Below are positions 1 to 8,274 of a stretch of DNA of 32,000 bases, piece after piece (the stretch's first letter is position 1; each line of letters begins with the position of its first letter). Position numbers and translations under genes: made by a program. The notes beneath the pieces are model-generated. The model did no database searches and was not told the DNA's origin. It was given only the letters and a program-made list of their open reading frames with translations. The stretch is from an uncultured Candidatus Nitrosotenuis sp. Its GTDB lineage: Archaea; Thermoproteota; Nitrososphaeria; Nitrososphaerales; Nitrosopumilaceae. Location: contig CAYVBR010000015.1 of the NCBI GenBank assembly GCA_964449865.1, forward strand, positions 203,341-235,340. The letters run 5' to 3'.

Positions 1-50
1 GACATCTGATGTTTTAATGAGCCAAATGTTCTAATTTATGTTACTGATCT

Positions 51-608
51 TTAGCTGTGATTTCCGGGTATTGGCAATAGTTTTGCGTCTGGAAGTCCTG
101 CTTTTTTTCGCTCTTCCTCTGTGAGACTTTCAAACTCTATTGAAATTGTTGCCTTGAGGTTGAATCGCCCCTCCAATTCTTTTGCAAACTGGCCTACTTC
201 TTTTCCTGAATAGAATTCTTTAGAGCCCTCCAAAAATATGCGGGTTCCCTTGTCCCTCACGTCTCCACCGAACTTGTCTTTGATGAATTTTGTAGCTTCC
301 TCAACTTCTTTTTTTAGAATGTTGTTGTGATACAGTACGATTCCCTTAGTTGGGGTGTAATCAATAGGCGTTCCCCTCTTGTACAGGAATACTCCGATAA
401 ATCTTGCATCCTCTTCTGGTTCCTTCACGCCTTTGATTTCCCAGTTTAGCACCTTGGCTTGATCATAATCATATTTCTGGATGTCGTCTGATGTTATCTT
501 CCAGTATCTGTGGCGAGTCACTGCAATTCCTGAGTTTTGATGTCCTATAAAATCAATACTATGCCATGACGCAAGTTGGTTCTGTTTTGTCCTTGATTTA
601 TTTCTCAA
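51..608 (-). CDS. hypothetical protein (185 aa), soluble, no family recognised
   Basis: Long ORF with protein-like composition. It has a TTG start at 608 with no in-frame ATG nearby. The start lies about 29 nt from the TATA-like TTATATTA at 631-638. Confidence 0.6.
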   Translation of the reverse strand: MRNKSRTKQNQLASWHSIDFIGHQNSGIAVTRHRYWKITSDDIQKYDYDQAKVLNWEIKGVKEPEEDARFIGVFLYKRGTPIDYTPTKGIVLYHNNILKKEVEEATKFIKDKFGGDVRDKGTRIFLEGSKEFYSGKEVGQFAKELEGRFNLKATISIEFESLTEEERKKAGLPDAKLLPIPGNHS

Positions 609-630
609 ATTGGCGCATCTGAAATTGAGA

Positions 631-638
631 TTATATTA
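631..638. promoter_or_regulatory. candidate shared bidirectional TATA box (TTATATTA) for the divergent pair 51-608(-) and purS(+)
   Basis: AT-rich near-palindromic octamer centred between the divergent start codons at 608 (-) and 659 (+). Each start is about 27-29 nt away, the typical archaeal TATA-to-TSS distance. Confidence 0.45.
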
Positions 639-658
639 GACCGATGACACGTCTTCTC

Positions 659-913
659 ATGCCGATGTTTGAGGTTCAGGTAATCATCGAAAACAAACCC
701 GGAATCAGTGATCCTGAAGGCACCACAATCCTAAATGACCTTGTCCTAAAGGGAAGCTATTCCTCAGTCAAAAAAATACGATCGGCAAAAATGCTGAAAT
801 TCCAGATAAACACCGCCAACAAAAAAGCGGCACAGGAAACAGTTCAAAAACTCTGCAATGATCTTAGAATCTATAATCCGATGGTAAGCAAGGTCACGTT
901 TACCGTAATCTAG
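659..913 (+). CDS. purS: phosphoribosylformylglycinamidine synthase subunit PurS
   Basis: About 84 aa with the PurS-like N-terminus MFEVQVIIENKPGISDPEG, next to purQ/purL. The ORF opens at 644, but ATG 659 (or 665) fits the TATA spacing better; 644 is only 6 nt from the TATA. Confidence 0.85.
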   Translation: MPMFEVQVIIENKPGISDPEGTTILNDLVLKGSYSSVKKIRSAKMLKFQINTANKKAAQETVQKLCNDLRIYNPMVSKVTFTVI

Positions 914-1329
914 TCGTCTTTTCCAATCGACTTTATCGTGCCGTCTATGAGCAGCTTGCTTCTCAAATGGGATGCCAAGTCTGTCTGCGTAATGACGCCT
1001 ACCAGTTTTTCGTTTTCAAGCACGAGCAGCCTTCGGATGTTGTTGTTTAGCATTTTTTGCACAGCATCCTCGATTAGCGTAGTTGGCTCAACCCATCTGA
1101 ACTTTGGTGACATTATCTCAGAGATTGGGACGTCGGATGCAAGTCTGTTCTTGACTACTATTTTTCTGACAAAGTCTGCCTCGCTTAGTATTCCAACTGG
1201 GTTCTGGCCTTCGGTTACGACAAGAAAGCTGATGTCCTTTTCCTGAAGTAGAGACGCTGCCTCCAAGCACGTTTTTTCCTTTGATATCGTGATCACGTGC
1301 TTGTTCATTATGTCTCGAACTTGGCCCAT
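910..1329 (-). CDS. CBS-pair domain protein (139 aa)
   Basis: Two CBS-like repeats (VITISKEKTCLEAASLL...GILSEADFVRK and VEPTTLIEDAVQKML...VGVITQTDL). Its 3' end overlaps the purS stop by 4 nt. Confidence 0.8.
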   Translation of the reverse strand: MGQVRDIMNKHVITISKEKTCLEAASLLQEKDISFLVVTEGQNPVGILSEADFVRKIVVKNRLASDVPISEIMSPKFRWVEPTTLIEDAVQKMLNNNIRRLLVLENEKLVGVITQTDLASHLRSKLLIDGTIKSIGKDD

Positions 1330-1409
1330 GATTCGTTTTGCGTAATTTCAAGATAAAAAAGGTTTGTTGTCATTCCTACTATGTTCTTGCGACCGACTAG
1401 AATCGTGAT

Positions 1410-1421
1410 TTAATTAATTAA
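1410..1421 (+). promoter_or_regulatory. candidate TATA box TTAATTAATTAA for purQ-purL-purF
   Basis: The TTAATTAA copy starting at 1414 is 29 nt upstream of the purQ GTG at 1443. The same spacing occurs at 22113/22142 and 22472/22501. Confidence 0.5.
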
Positions 1422-1442
1422 TGGCGTCGTACAAATTACCGT

Positions 1443-2123
1443 GTGAAAGTCGGCATTGTCGTATTTCCCGGAAGTAATTGCGATCGCGACATGTACCATG
1501 TTTTACTTGACGTTTTCAAATTAGATGTGAAATATTTTTGGCACGAGGACCACCTTCCAAAGGATCTGGATGCCATTGTCCTGCCGGGCGGTTTTTCCTA
1601 CGGTGACAGACTAAGAGCTGGAGCGATTGCTGCACACAGTCCAATAATATCTGATGTCAAAAAAATGGCAGACAAGGGAATGCCTGTTCTTGGCGTGTGC
1701 AATGGATTTCAAATATTGGTGGAATCTGAACTGCTGCCTGGAATACTGCTAAAAAATACGTCGCTTAACTTTATGTGCAAATGGACAGAACTCATAGTGA
1801 AAAACAACAAGACTCCGTTTACCAACAAGTTTGCACTAGATGAAAAAATCCCAATTCCAATCGCAAACGGGGAAGGACGCTACTATGTTGACAAGGCCAC
1901 GCTTAGCACGCTAAAGAAGAACAACCAAATTGTGTTCAGGTATGGCGAGTCCGTGAACAATTCTGTATTTGACATTGCCGGAATCTGCAACAGGGAGGGA
2001 AATGTGGTCGGCATGATGCCTCACCCTGAGCGTGCAGTTGAGGCAGAAATCAACCCAAATGACTCCAAGCCAGCATCTATGATTTTCCAGTCTTTGATTA
2101 CAACTGTTGGTGCAAGAAAATGA
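1443..2123 (+). CDS. purQ: phosphoribosylformylglycinamidine synthase, glutamine amidotransferase subunit PurQ
   Basis: N-terminus KVGIVVFPGSNCDRD, catalytic GVCNGFQ, and C-terminal MPHPER motif. A GTG start is required to keep the conserved N-terminus. Overlaps purL by 4 nt. Confidence 0.93.
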   Translation: MKVGIVVFPGSNCDRDMYHVLLDVFKLDVKYFWHEDHLPKDLDAIVLPGGFSYGDRLRAGAIAAHSPIISDVKKMADKGMPVLGVCNGFQILVESELLPGILLKNTSLNFMCKWTELIVKNNKTPFTNKFALDEKIPIPIANGEGRYYVDKATLSTLKKNNQIVFRYGESVNNSVFDIAGICNREGNVVGMMPHPERAVEAEINPNDSKPASMIFQSLITTVGARK

Positions 2124-4285
2124 GTCTGCAGCCACAGGAACTAGACTATCTTTCAAAAAAAATCAATAGAAAACCAAACGACACCGAAATGCACATCGTT
2201 GCAGCTGAATGGTCTGAGCACTGCTCGTACAAGTCTTCAAAAAAACATCTCAAAATGCTCCCCATGTCTGGACCCAGAGTACTCAGGGAGAAGGGATTTG
2301 ATTCCGGGGTCCTAGATGTCGGGGACGGATATGTGATAACTGTCCATATTGAGAGTCACAACCATCCGTCTGCAGTTGAACCATACGGCGGTGCGGCAAC
2401 AGGGGTGGGCGGAGTGATTCGCGATATCTTGTCTGCAGGTACCAGACCTATCGCACTCCTTGACGGGCTTCGTTTTGGAAACATAGAGAAAGACTCGCAG
2501 GCAAGATGGCTGTTCAAAAACGCCGTGACTGGAATAGCCGACTATGGCAACTGCCTTGGCATCCCAACAATTGGCGGCGAAGTAGAGTTTGACGAATGCT
2601 ATGCAAACTATGCTCTAGTTGATGTTGCATCAATTGGATTTGGCAAAAAAGAAAGACTGATCAAAAATCACGCCGATGTTGGCGACGTGGTGGTTTTGCT
2701 TGGCGGCTCGACTGGGCGAGATGGAATCGGGGGTGCCCAATTTGCATCTGACTCGCTTGAAACAGAAGACCGCTCGGCAGTGCAGATCCCAGACCCTTTC
2801 ATTGAAAAATTAATCATCGAGGCAACCCTTGAGGCAAGAAATGAGGGCTGCATAAAGGCGCTAAAGGACCTAGGAGGCGGCGGCCTTTCATGCGCGATTT
2901 CAGAAACTGCTGACACGCTTGGAATTGGAATTGAGCTTGACGTAAACCGCGTCCATACCAGAGAATCAGACATGAATCCGAGGGAGATAATGACATCCGA
3001 ATCCCAGGAGAGAATGCTGATTATTACAGATAAGAAAAAACTTGTAAAACTAGAATCAATCTGCAAAAAATTCCGAGTTACATGCTCTGTCATCGGCAAG
3101 GTCACATCTGACAAAATGATGAGAGTGAAAAACAACGACGACGTGGTTGCGTCAATTCTTGCTGAAATTGTTGCAAATGCGCCACTGCTTGACAGGCCAT
3201 CAAAGGAGCCGAAATATCTTAAAGAACTGCAGAAAAAGAAGGAACCAAAACCTGCCTCTGACCTTTCCAAGGTTACCATGCGGCTCCTATCATGCCCAAA
3301 CATTGCAAGCAAAATCTGGGTGTATGGACAATATGACCACGAAGTTGGGATACGAACCGTAGTGAAGCCTGGAATGGATTCTTCCGTACTTCGTCTGGAT
3401 AATGGAAAATACTTGGCGGCAAAAATTGACGGAAACCCAAAACAGTGCTACATTGATCCAAAAAACGGTGCAATCGGATGCTTTGAAGAGGCATGCAGAA
3501 ACGTGGTGTGCACGGGCGCTACTCCAATTGGAATGGTCGACCATCTGCAGTTTGGCAACCCCGAAAACCCGGAAATCTTTTGGACATTTTTAGAATCATT
3601 AAAGGGAATATCTGAATTTTCAAAACACTTTGACATACCGTGTGTCGGGGGAAAAGTAAGCCTGTACAACGAAACCCCTCAGGGACCAATCAAGCCGACC
3701 CCAATTATTGGCGTCTTGGGGCTGATTGACAAAAAACCACTGCACACACAAAAATCAGAACAAGGTGACATCCTGATTCTGGTTGGGACTACCAAAGACG
3801 AGCTTGGTGGCTCTGAATATTATGAGTACATTCACGAGTTTATTGGCGGAAAATGCCCAGTGGTTGACTTTGCCGAATCGAAACTCAACATGAAGTCAGT
3901 ACTGCACATAATTGAAAGCGAATGGGCAAGAAACGTCCATGACTGCTCAAAGGGCGGCCTGGCAATTGCAGTGTCTGAGATTGCCATGACTAGTGGCATT
4001 GGGTGTGTGGTGTCAATTGACAACGTGCCGTCACCAAAATTGCCTGATGACAAGATTCTGTTTTCTGAGAGCCATTCTAGATACTTGTTATCTGTATCAA
4101 AATCAAACCTTGACGCGGTGCTTGGATATCTTAGGGAAAAGAATGTAACATTTGGAATAATTGGCAAGTTTGAGGGAAAAAGCATCGTGTTTTCCAAAAA
4201 CAAAAATGTAATTGTAAAACTAAGCGTTGATAAAGCACATGACAAGTGGTTTAATTCACTGAAGGATTTGGTTTTGCATGGTTAA
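2120..4285 (+). CDS. purL: phosphoribosylformylglycinamidine synthase subunit PurL (FGAM synthase II)
   Basis: 721 aa with AAEWSEHCSYKS, ESHNHPSAVEPYGGAATGVGGVIRD and duplicated AIR-synthase-like domains. Sits in a purQ-purL-purF operon context. Confidence 0.95.
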   Translation: MSLQPQELDYLSKKINRKPNDTEMHIVAAEWSEHCSYKSSKKHLKMLPMSGPRVLREKGFDSGVLDVGDGYVITVHIESHNHPSAVEPYGGAATGVGGVIRDILSAGTRPIALLDGLRFGNIEKDSQARWLFKNAVTGIADYGNCLGIPTIGGEVEFDECYANYALVDVASIGFGKKERLIKNHADVGDVVVLLGGSTGRDGIGGAQFASDSLETEDRSAVQIPDPFIEKLIIEATLEARNEGCIKALKDLGGGGLSCAISETADTLGIGIELDVNRVHTRESDMNPREIMTSESQERMLIITDKKKLVKLESICKKFRVTCSVIGKVTSDKMMRVKNNDDVVASILAEIVANAPLLDRPSKEPKYLKELQKKKEPKPASDLSKVTMRLLSCPNIASKIWVYGQYDHEVGIRTVVKPGMDSSVLRLDNGKYLAAKIDGNPKQCYIDPKNGAIGCFEEACRNVVCTGATPIGMVDHLQFGNPENPEIFWTFLESLKGISEFSKHFDIPCVGGKVSLYNETPQGPIKPTPIIGVLGLIDKKPLHTQKSEQGDILILVGTTKDELGGSEYYEYIHEFIGGKCPVVDFAESKLNMKSVLHIIESEWARNVHDCSKGGLAIAVSEIAMTSGIGCVVSIDNVPSPKLPDDKILFSESHSRYLLSVSKSNLDAVLGYLREKNVTFGIIGKFEGKSIVFSKNKNVIVKLSVDKAHDKWFNSLKDLVLHG

Positions 4286-5711
4286 AGAAAATTGCGGAGT
4301 AGTTGGAATTTTCAGTAGGGACGGAACAAACGTAATCCCGATGGTGATTGACGCATTGCGTGCATTGCAGCACCGGGGCCAAGAGGCCTGGGGAATTGCA
4401 ATCCCGAAAAAAGCACCAATCAAAAGACTGGGACTAGTATCTGGAGCGTCAGGCGAATTCCAAAAAATCACTGAAGAATACGCATCGCCTGCAGCGATAG
4501 GTCATGTGAGATATTCGACTGTTGGAAAAAGCAACCTCGAAAACGCCCAGCCGCTAAAGGTCAAGGATTTGTGCATTGCCCACAATGGAACAATAGCAAA
4601 TGTTGCCGAACTTGCAAACCTAGTTGGCGGATGCACGTTTACGCCGCAAAATGCAAGCGATACTCTAGTTGCCGCTCAAAGACTCGTCTCACTCATGTCT
4701 ACAAACGGCAAGCTTGGAAGCGCCCTGTCTATTCTAAAAAACGAGATGGCCGGCTCATACTGCTTTACCTTTGTGTCTGATGATAATGCAGTGTATGCGG
4801 CGCGTGATCCGCGCGGGTTTAGGCCGATGGTTTTGGGCTCAAAAGAAGAAGGGCAGGTAACAATAGTCGCATCCGAGTCGTCTGCAATAACTGCAATTGG
4901 CGCAAAACTTGTCCGTGATGTTGTCCCGGGTGAACTGCTAAAGTTTAGCAACACTGGAATGGAATCTGAAATGTTTTCAGAAGAAAAAAAGCACGCACAC
5001 TGCTCATTTGAATTTACATATTTTGCGCACCCGACATCTAGAATGGAGGGAACAAACATCTATGTTGCAAGAAAAAGAATCGGCCAGTTTCTAGCTCGAA
5101 AATTCCCAATCAAGGATGCGGATTTGGTAATACCTGTCCCTGACTCTGCAAGGCCTGCGGCATTGGGTTATGCGCAGGAACTTGGAATACAGTTTGATGA
5201 AGGGTTGCTCAAAGACAGATATAGCAAAAAGGGGCCACTGCGAAGTTTTATTGAGCCCCACCAAAGCGACCGCGTCGAAATAAATCGCTGGATCATACCG
5301 ATTACAGAAATTATTACTGGAATGCACGTGGTTGTAATTGATGACAGTCTTGTTCGCGGTACGAGCTCAAAGGCAATCATAAAGGCACTAAGGCGGGCCG
5401 GTGCCAAAAAAATCAGCATGCTCATCACGTATCCTCCAATCAAGTATCCGTGCTACGCGGGAATTGACTTTCCGTCACAAGACGAATTGGCAACTGGAGT
5501 AATTGGAGAAGGCGTTACCGACGAGCAAGTAATTGACAAGATACGACGTGACATTGGCGCTGACTTTTTGGGATACAATGATGCAGAAAACCTTGCAAAC
5601 GCAGTCGGCATACCTCTTAACTCTATGTGCTTTACGTGTACCAGCGGAGACTATTCTACGCTAGGAATAAAGCCAGTATTCAAGACAAGAGAGGAAATGA
5701 AGGGCGAATAA
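4278..5711 (+). CDS. purF: amidophosphoribosyltransferase PurF
   Basis: N-terminal CGVVGI nucleophile after a short propeptide, ALQHRGQEAWGI, and the PRPP-binding VVVIDDSLVRGTS motif. Overlaps purL by 8 nt. Confidence 0.95.
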   Translation: MVKENCGVVGIFSRDGTNVIPMVIDALRALQHRGQEAWGIAIPKKAPIKRLGLVSGASGEFQKITEEYASPAAIGHVRYSTVGKSNLENAQPLKVKDLCIAHNGTIANVAELANLVGGCTFTPQNASDTLVAAQRLVSLMSTNGKLGSALSILKNEMAGSYCFTFVSDDNAVYAARDPRGFRPMVLGSKEEGQVTIVASESSAITAIGAKLVRDVVPGELLKFSNTGMESEMFSEEKKHAHCSFEFTYFAHPTSRMEGTNIYVARKRIGQFLARKFPIKDADLVIPVPDSARPAALGYAQELGIQFDEGLLKDRYSKKGPLRSFIEPHQSDRVEINRWIIPITEIITGMHVVVIDDSLVRGTSSKAIIKALRRAGAKKISMLITYPPIKYPCYAGIDFPSQDELATGVIGEGVTDEQVIDKIRRDIGADFLGYNDAENLANAVGIPLNSMCFTCTSGDYSTLGIKPVFKTREEMKGE

Positions 5712-5712
5712 A

Positions 5713-5958
5713 ATGGAAATCGCGTTTGTCTTGGTAAAATGTGAGGTTGCTCACGAAATGGAGGTAATGCGGGACGTTCTAAAAATTGACGGGGTAAAAG
5801 AGGCGCACGGAACATATGGGATGTATGACATTTTCATCAAGGTCCAGGGGCAGAGCCACAAAATAGTGTCGGATATCATAACTAAGCAGATCCGCAAAAT
5901 CCCAAACGTCGTGTCAACTAGTACGCTTTCGACCATCCCAGAACAGGGCGGAAAATAA
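5713..5958 (+). CDS. stand-alone Lrp/AsnC-type ligand-binding (RAM) domain protein, 81 aa, no HTH
   Basis: Matches the C-terminal AsnC/RAM fold pattern (AFVLVKCE...VMRDVLKIDGVKEAHGTYGMYDIFIKV...IRKIPNVVSTSTL). Its start is 1 nt after the purF stop. Confidence 0.75.
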   Translation: MEIAFVLVKCEVAHEMEVMRDVLKIDGVKEAHGTYGMYDIFIKVQGQSHKIVSDIITKQIRKIPNVVSTSTLSTIPEQGGK

Positions 5959-5999
5959 TTCATCTGATCTATTTTTTAAATTAGTCTGCATCTATCCGT

Positions 6000-6392
6000 T
6001 TGATGGTCTCTTCTTACAAGTTTTTAATAATAATTGGAATTGCAGCGATTGCTGGAATCGGGGGAATCATCGCACTGTCCTTATCGAAGGGAACTTTTTC
6101 ATCGCAGGACTATGAGGTCGATGTGGACCCGTTCAAGGATCCGCAGAACCTGTTTGTCACTGCGCGTGTGATGGTTCAAAACATTGGCGCAAAGCCGCTA
6201 ACTAACGTGATTGTAAATTACGGTGACGGCGACGTGCTAAACTTGGGAACCCTTGCTCCAGGGCAAAAAGTAATCCTGTCCCCGCCGTCTGAAAACTCGC
6301 TGCACCAAGTAAAGGTCACTGCAGATAATGAGATTTCAGTAACAAAAGAGTACCGCGTTCCTCCAAAGATTCCTGGAATGATGGGATCTTAG
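6000..6392 (+). CDS. membrane-anchored protein with one N-terminal TM helix and a small beta-sandwich (CARDB-like) ectodomain
   Basis: Hydrophobic FLIIIGIAAIAGIGGIIALSL followed by the beta-rich segment VTARVMVQNIGAKPLTNVIVNYGDG...LAPGQKVILS. The start may be ATG 6003 rather than TTG 6000. Confidence 0.6.
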   Translation: MMVSSYKFLIIIGIAAIAGIGGIIALSLSKGTFSSQDYEVDVDPFKDPQNLFVTARVMVQNIGAKPLTNVIVNYGDGDVLNLGTLAPGQKVILSPPSENSLHQVKVTADNEISVTKEYRVPPKIPGMMGS

Positions 6393-6595
6393 GTCCAAGA
6401 CTTCTTGTCTTTTTTCCAGACTCTGACATCGTCGACATAGACCTGGTCCTCAAGATCAAAGACAGTGTGCCATTTTTTGTCGTGTGGAAGAAGCTTGTCT
6501 AGCTCATTTACGTTGTTTTTTGTAGGGAACTTGTTAGTCAGTGCGCCCCACTTCATGTTTGGGATCTTGGGCATGATGTCATTGATGTCTCTCAT
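6389..6595 (-). CDS. small hypothetical protein (68 aa), charged and Trp-rich
   Basis: ATG-initiated ORF with protein-like composition. The overlapping plus-strand ORF 6465-6668 looks like low-complexity noise. Confidence 0.5.
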   Translation of the reverse strand: MRDINDIMPKIPNMKWGALTNKFPTKNNVNELDKLLPHDKKWHTVFDLEDQVYVDDVRVWKKDKKSWT

Positions 6596-6669
6596 GATGC
6601 ATGTAGGGAAAATTTCATTGATAAATTTTTGTTTTGGCGCATTAAACGTGGCTGGTATGGCTGCTTGAA

Positions 6670-8226
6670 CTAGTTGCCTTTTTTGCTAAAATGCTGCCGA
6701 ATCTTTACGATTGCAAGTATAGGCATGACAAAATACATTCCGACGTTTAGCAGGATTACCCCTATTCCATATCCTAGCATTTCTTGCTCTGAATCAATGT
6801 CTGCGTAATTTAGAATTGACAGGGTGGAAAGCATTGGAGATATGGTCATCTTTACAAATTCCTTGAAAATTGGGCTCTGTCGCTCCAAATCTGCCACAGT
6901 TGGGCTAAACGAATAGTAAAACTGGTTGAATCCTGCCATGAATGCAGTCCCGGATTGAGTGTCTAGCAACACGTTATCCCTCACTTCTCTGAGTGACTGT
7001 ATCTGGGCGGACAGTTCAGTCCCATATGCTGCCGTTGCAATTAGGCACCCTTTGTTGGCATCTGGCGTTTGGCTGGGTTGCTCTGCAATTGGGGCGGGTT
7101 GCTCTGCCGCCGCCTTTGGAAGAATTCTAAATATCTTTTCTTCTGATAGGGACACGATGTAAAGTAGTCCGTCTGGACCTACCTCGATGTCTGTCACACA
7201 GCCAAAGCCCGTGCCAAATATGACCTCGTCCATCGACTCATCGATGTTGTGAACCTTGTCTGCTAGTTCAGGTGACTCAAATACAAGGCCTGTTCTGTTT
7301 GAATCAAGTTTGAATCTGTACAAATTGCCAGTATTGCAGTCTCCTACAAATATGCTGTCTGAGTAATCCTTTAGCTTCTCCGAATTTACAAAAGAAATCG
7401 CAGTCGGAGCAACCGGTCTTTGCCAGCTAAACTCTGGGTCGCTGTACACAAAATTTCCGTATTTTGGCAATGCGTCAATTTGTTCCTGGTTCTTTGCAGG
7501 CCCCATAATCTCAATCCACCCGCTGTTGAAGTTTTCTGGAACTAGGTTGATCTCGTCATACTCGTCATCTCCGTTTTCTGTATCCCAGAGATTTCCAGTA
7601 ATTGGGTCAAACGCAATTCCAAAACTGTTCCTTATGCCCATCGCATAATAGTTTCCCGGCGGGTCAACTCGCAAAATCACACTTGTGTCGTTTTTCCACT
7701 CTGACATTCTGTTCTGTAGCTTGCCATAGTTGCCATTGTCTCCAATCACGGCGTACACCTGGCCGTTAAAGTTAGTCATCGCCCCGCCATTGTGATAAAA
7801 ATTCTCGCCTGTTAGGGTCTTTACCAAAACTGGGTTGATCAGATTATTTCCGTCCCAGTTGTACTTGTAAATTCTGTTCTCGATTGCTTTTCCGCCGTCT
7901 ACATCGGCTGCGGTGAAATACACGTAAACTGTGGAACCGATTGACGTGATTCCAAGCATCCCTCGCTCTCCGTCTTTTGCAACTGAAACATCCAAAACGG
8001 GTGCGTCCTGTAAGATGCCGTCTCTTACAAGTCGTACCTGGCCGTCATATCTTTGCAATACCAAAATGTCGTCTCCCACAAAAGTCATCGTAGTCGGGTT
8101 GTTTGGAATCCCTCTTACGAACACCTCGACTGCCAAATTCTCATCCTTTATTGTCTGCTCGTCTGACTGGGCAAACGCCGGCAAAGCTCCCAGCGACAAA
8201 CACAGTATCAAAAGGAGGGCCAGCAT
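6670..8226 (-). CDS. secreted soluble quinoprotein glucose/sorbosone dehydrogenase-like beta-propeller with a C-terminal CLIATAAYG module and TM anchor
   Basis: GSDH-family motifs (YAMGIRNSFGIAFDPITGNLWDTENGDDEYDEINLV...NSGW). Signal peptide MLALLLILCLSLGALPAFAQ if the start is ATG 8226; the ORF extends to 8286 but would then overlap purC. The C-terminal 126 aa hold GCLIATAAYGTELSAQIQSLREVRDN plus a hydrophobic helix. Confidence 0.8.
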   Translation of the reverse strand: MLALLLILCLSLGALPAFAQSDEQTIKDENLAVEVFVRGIPNNPTTMTFVGDDILVLQRYDGQVRLVRDGILQDAPVLDVSVAKDGERGMLGITSIGSTVYVYFTAADVDGGKAIENRIYKYNWDGNNLINPVLVKTLTGENFYHNGGAMTNFNGQVYAVIGDNGNYGKLQNRMSEWKNDTSVILRVDPPGNYYAMGIRNSFGIAFDPITGNLWDTENGDDEYDEINLVPENFNSGWIEIMGPAKNQEQIDALPKYGNFVYSDPEFSWQRPVAPTAISFVNSEKLKDYSDSIFVGDCNTGNLYRFKLDSNRTGLVFESPELADKVHNIDESMDEVIFGTGFGCVTDIEVGPDGLLYIVSLSEEKIFRILPKAAAEQPAPIAEQPSQTPDANKGCLIATAAYGTELSAQIQSLREVRDNVLLDTQSGTAFMAGFNQFYYSFSPTVADLERQSPIFKEFVKMTISPMLSTLSILNYADIDSEQEMLGYGIGVILLNVGMYFVMPILAIVKIRQHFSKKGN

Positions 8227-8244
8227 GTTTTTTCTATTGATTGC

Positions 8245-8252
8245 TAAATTAA
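8245..8252. promoter_or_regulatory. candidate shared bidirectional TATA (TAAATTAA) between the dehydrogenase-like gene and purC
   Basis: Lies in the centre of the 48-bp divergent gap. It is 29-30 nt from purC ATG 8275 and about 26 nt from ATG 8226 on the other strand. Confidence 0.45.
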
Positions 8253-8274
8253 AAACCAATCCAAAATTGTTATA

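Noticed and set aside
2668-3312. 214-aa ORF antisense to purL, plus other long antisense ORFs (12440-12901, 13477-13776, 15712-16053, 16628-17185, 4676-5059, 3832-4245)
   Set aside because: All lie entirely inside strongly supported conserved genes on the opposite strand. Their products are Ser/Phe/Leu-rich and low-complexity, with no motifs. They are most simply explained as stop-poor antisense frames of genes with biased codon usage.
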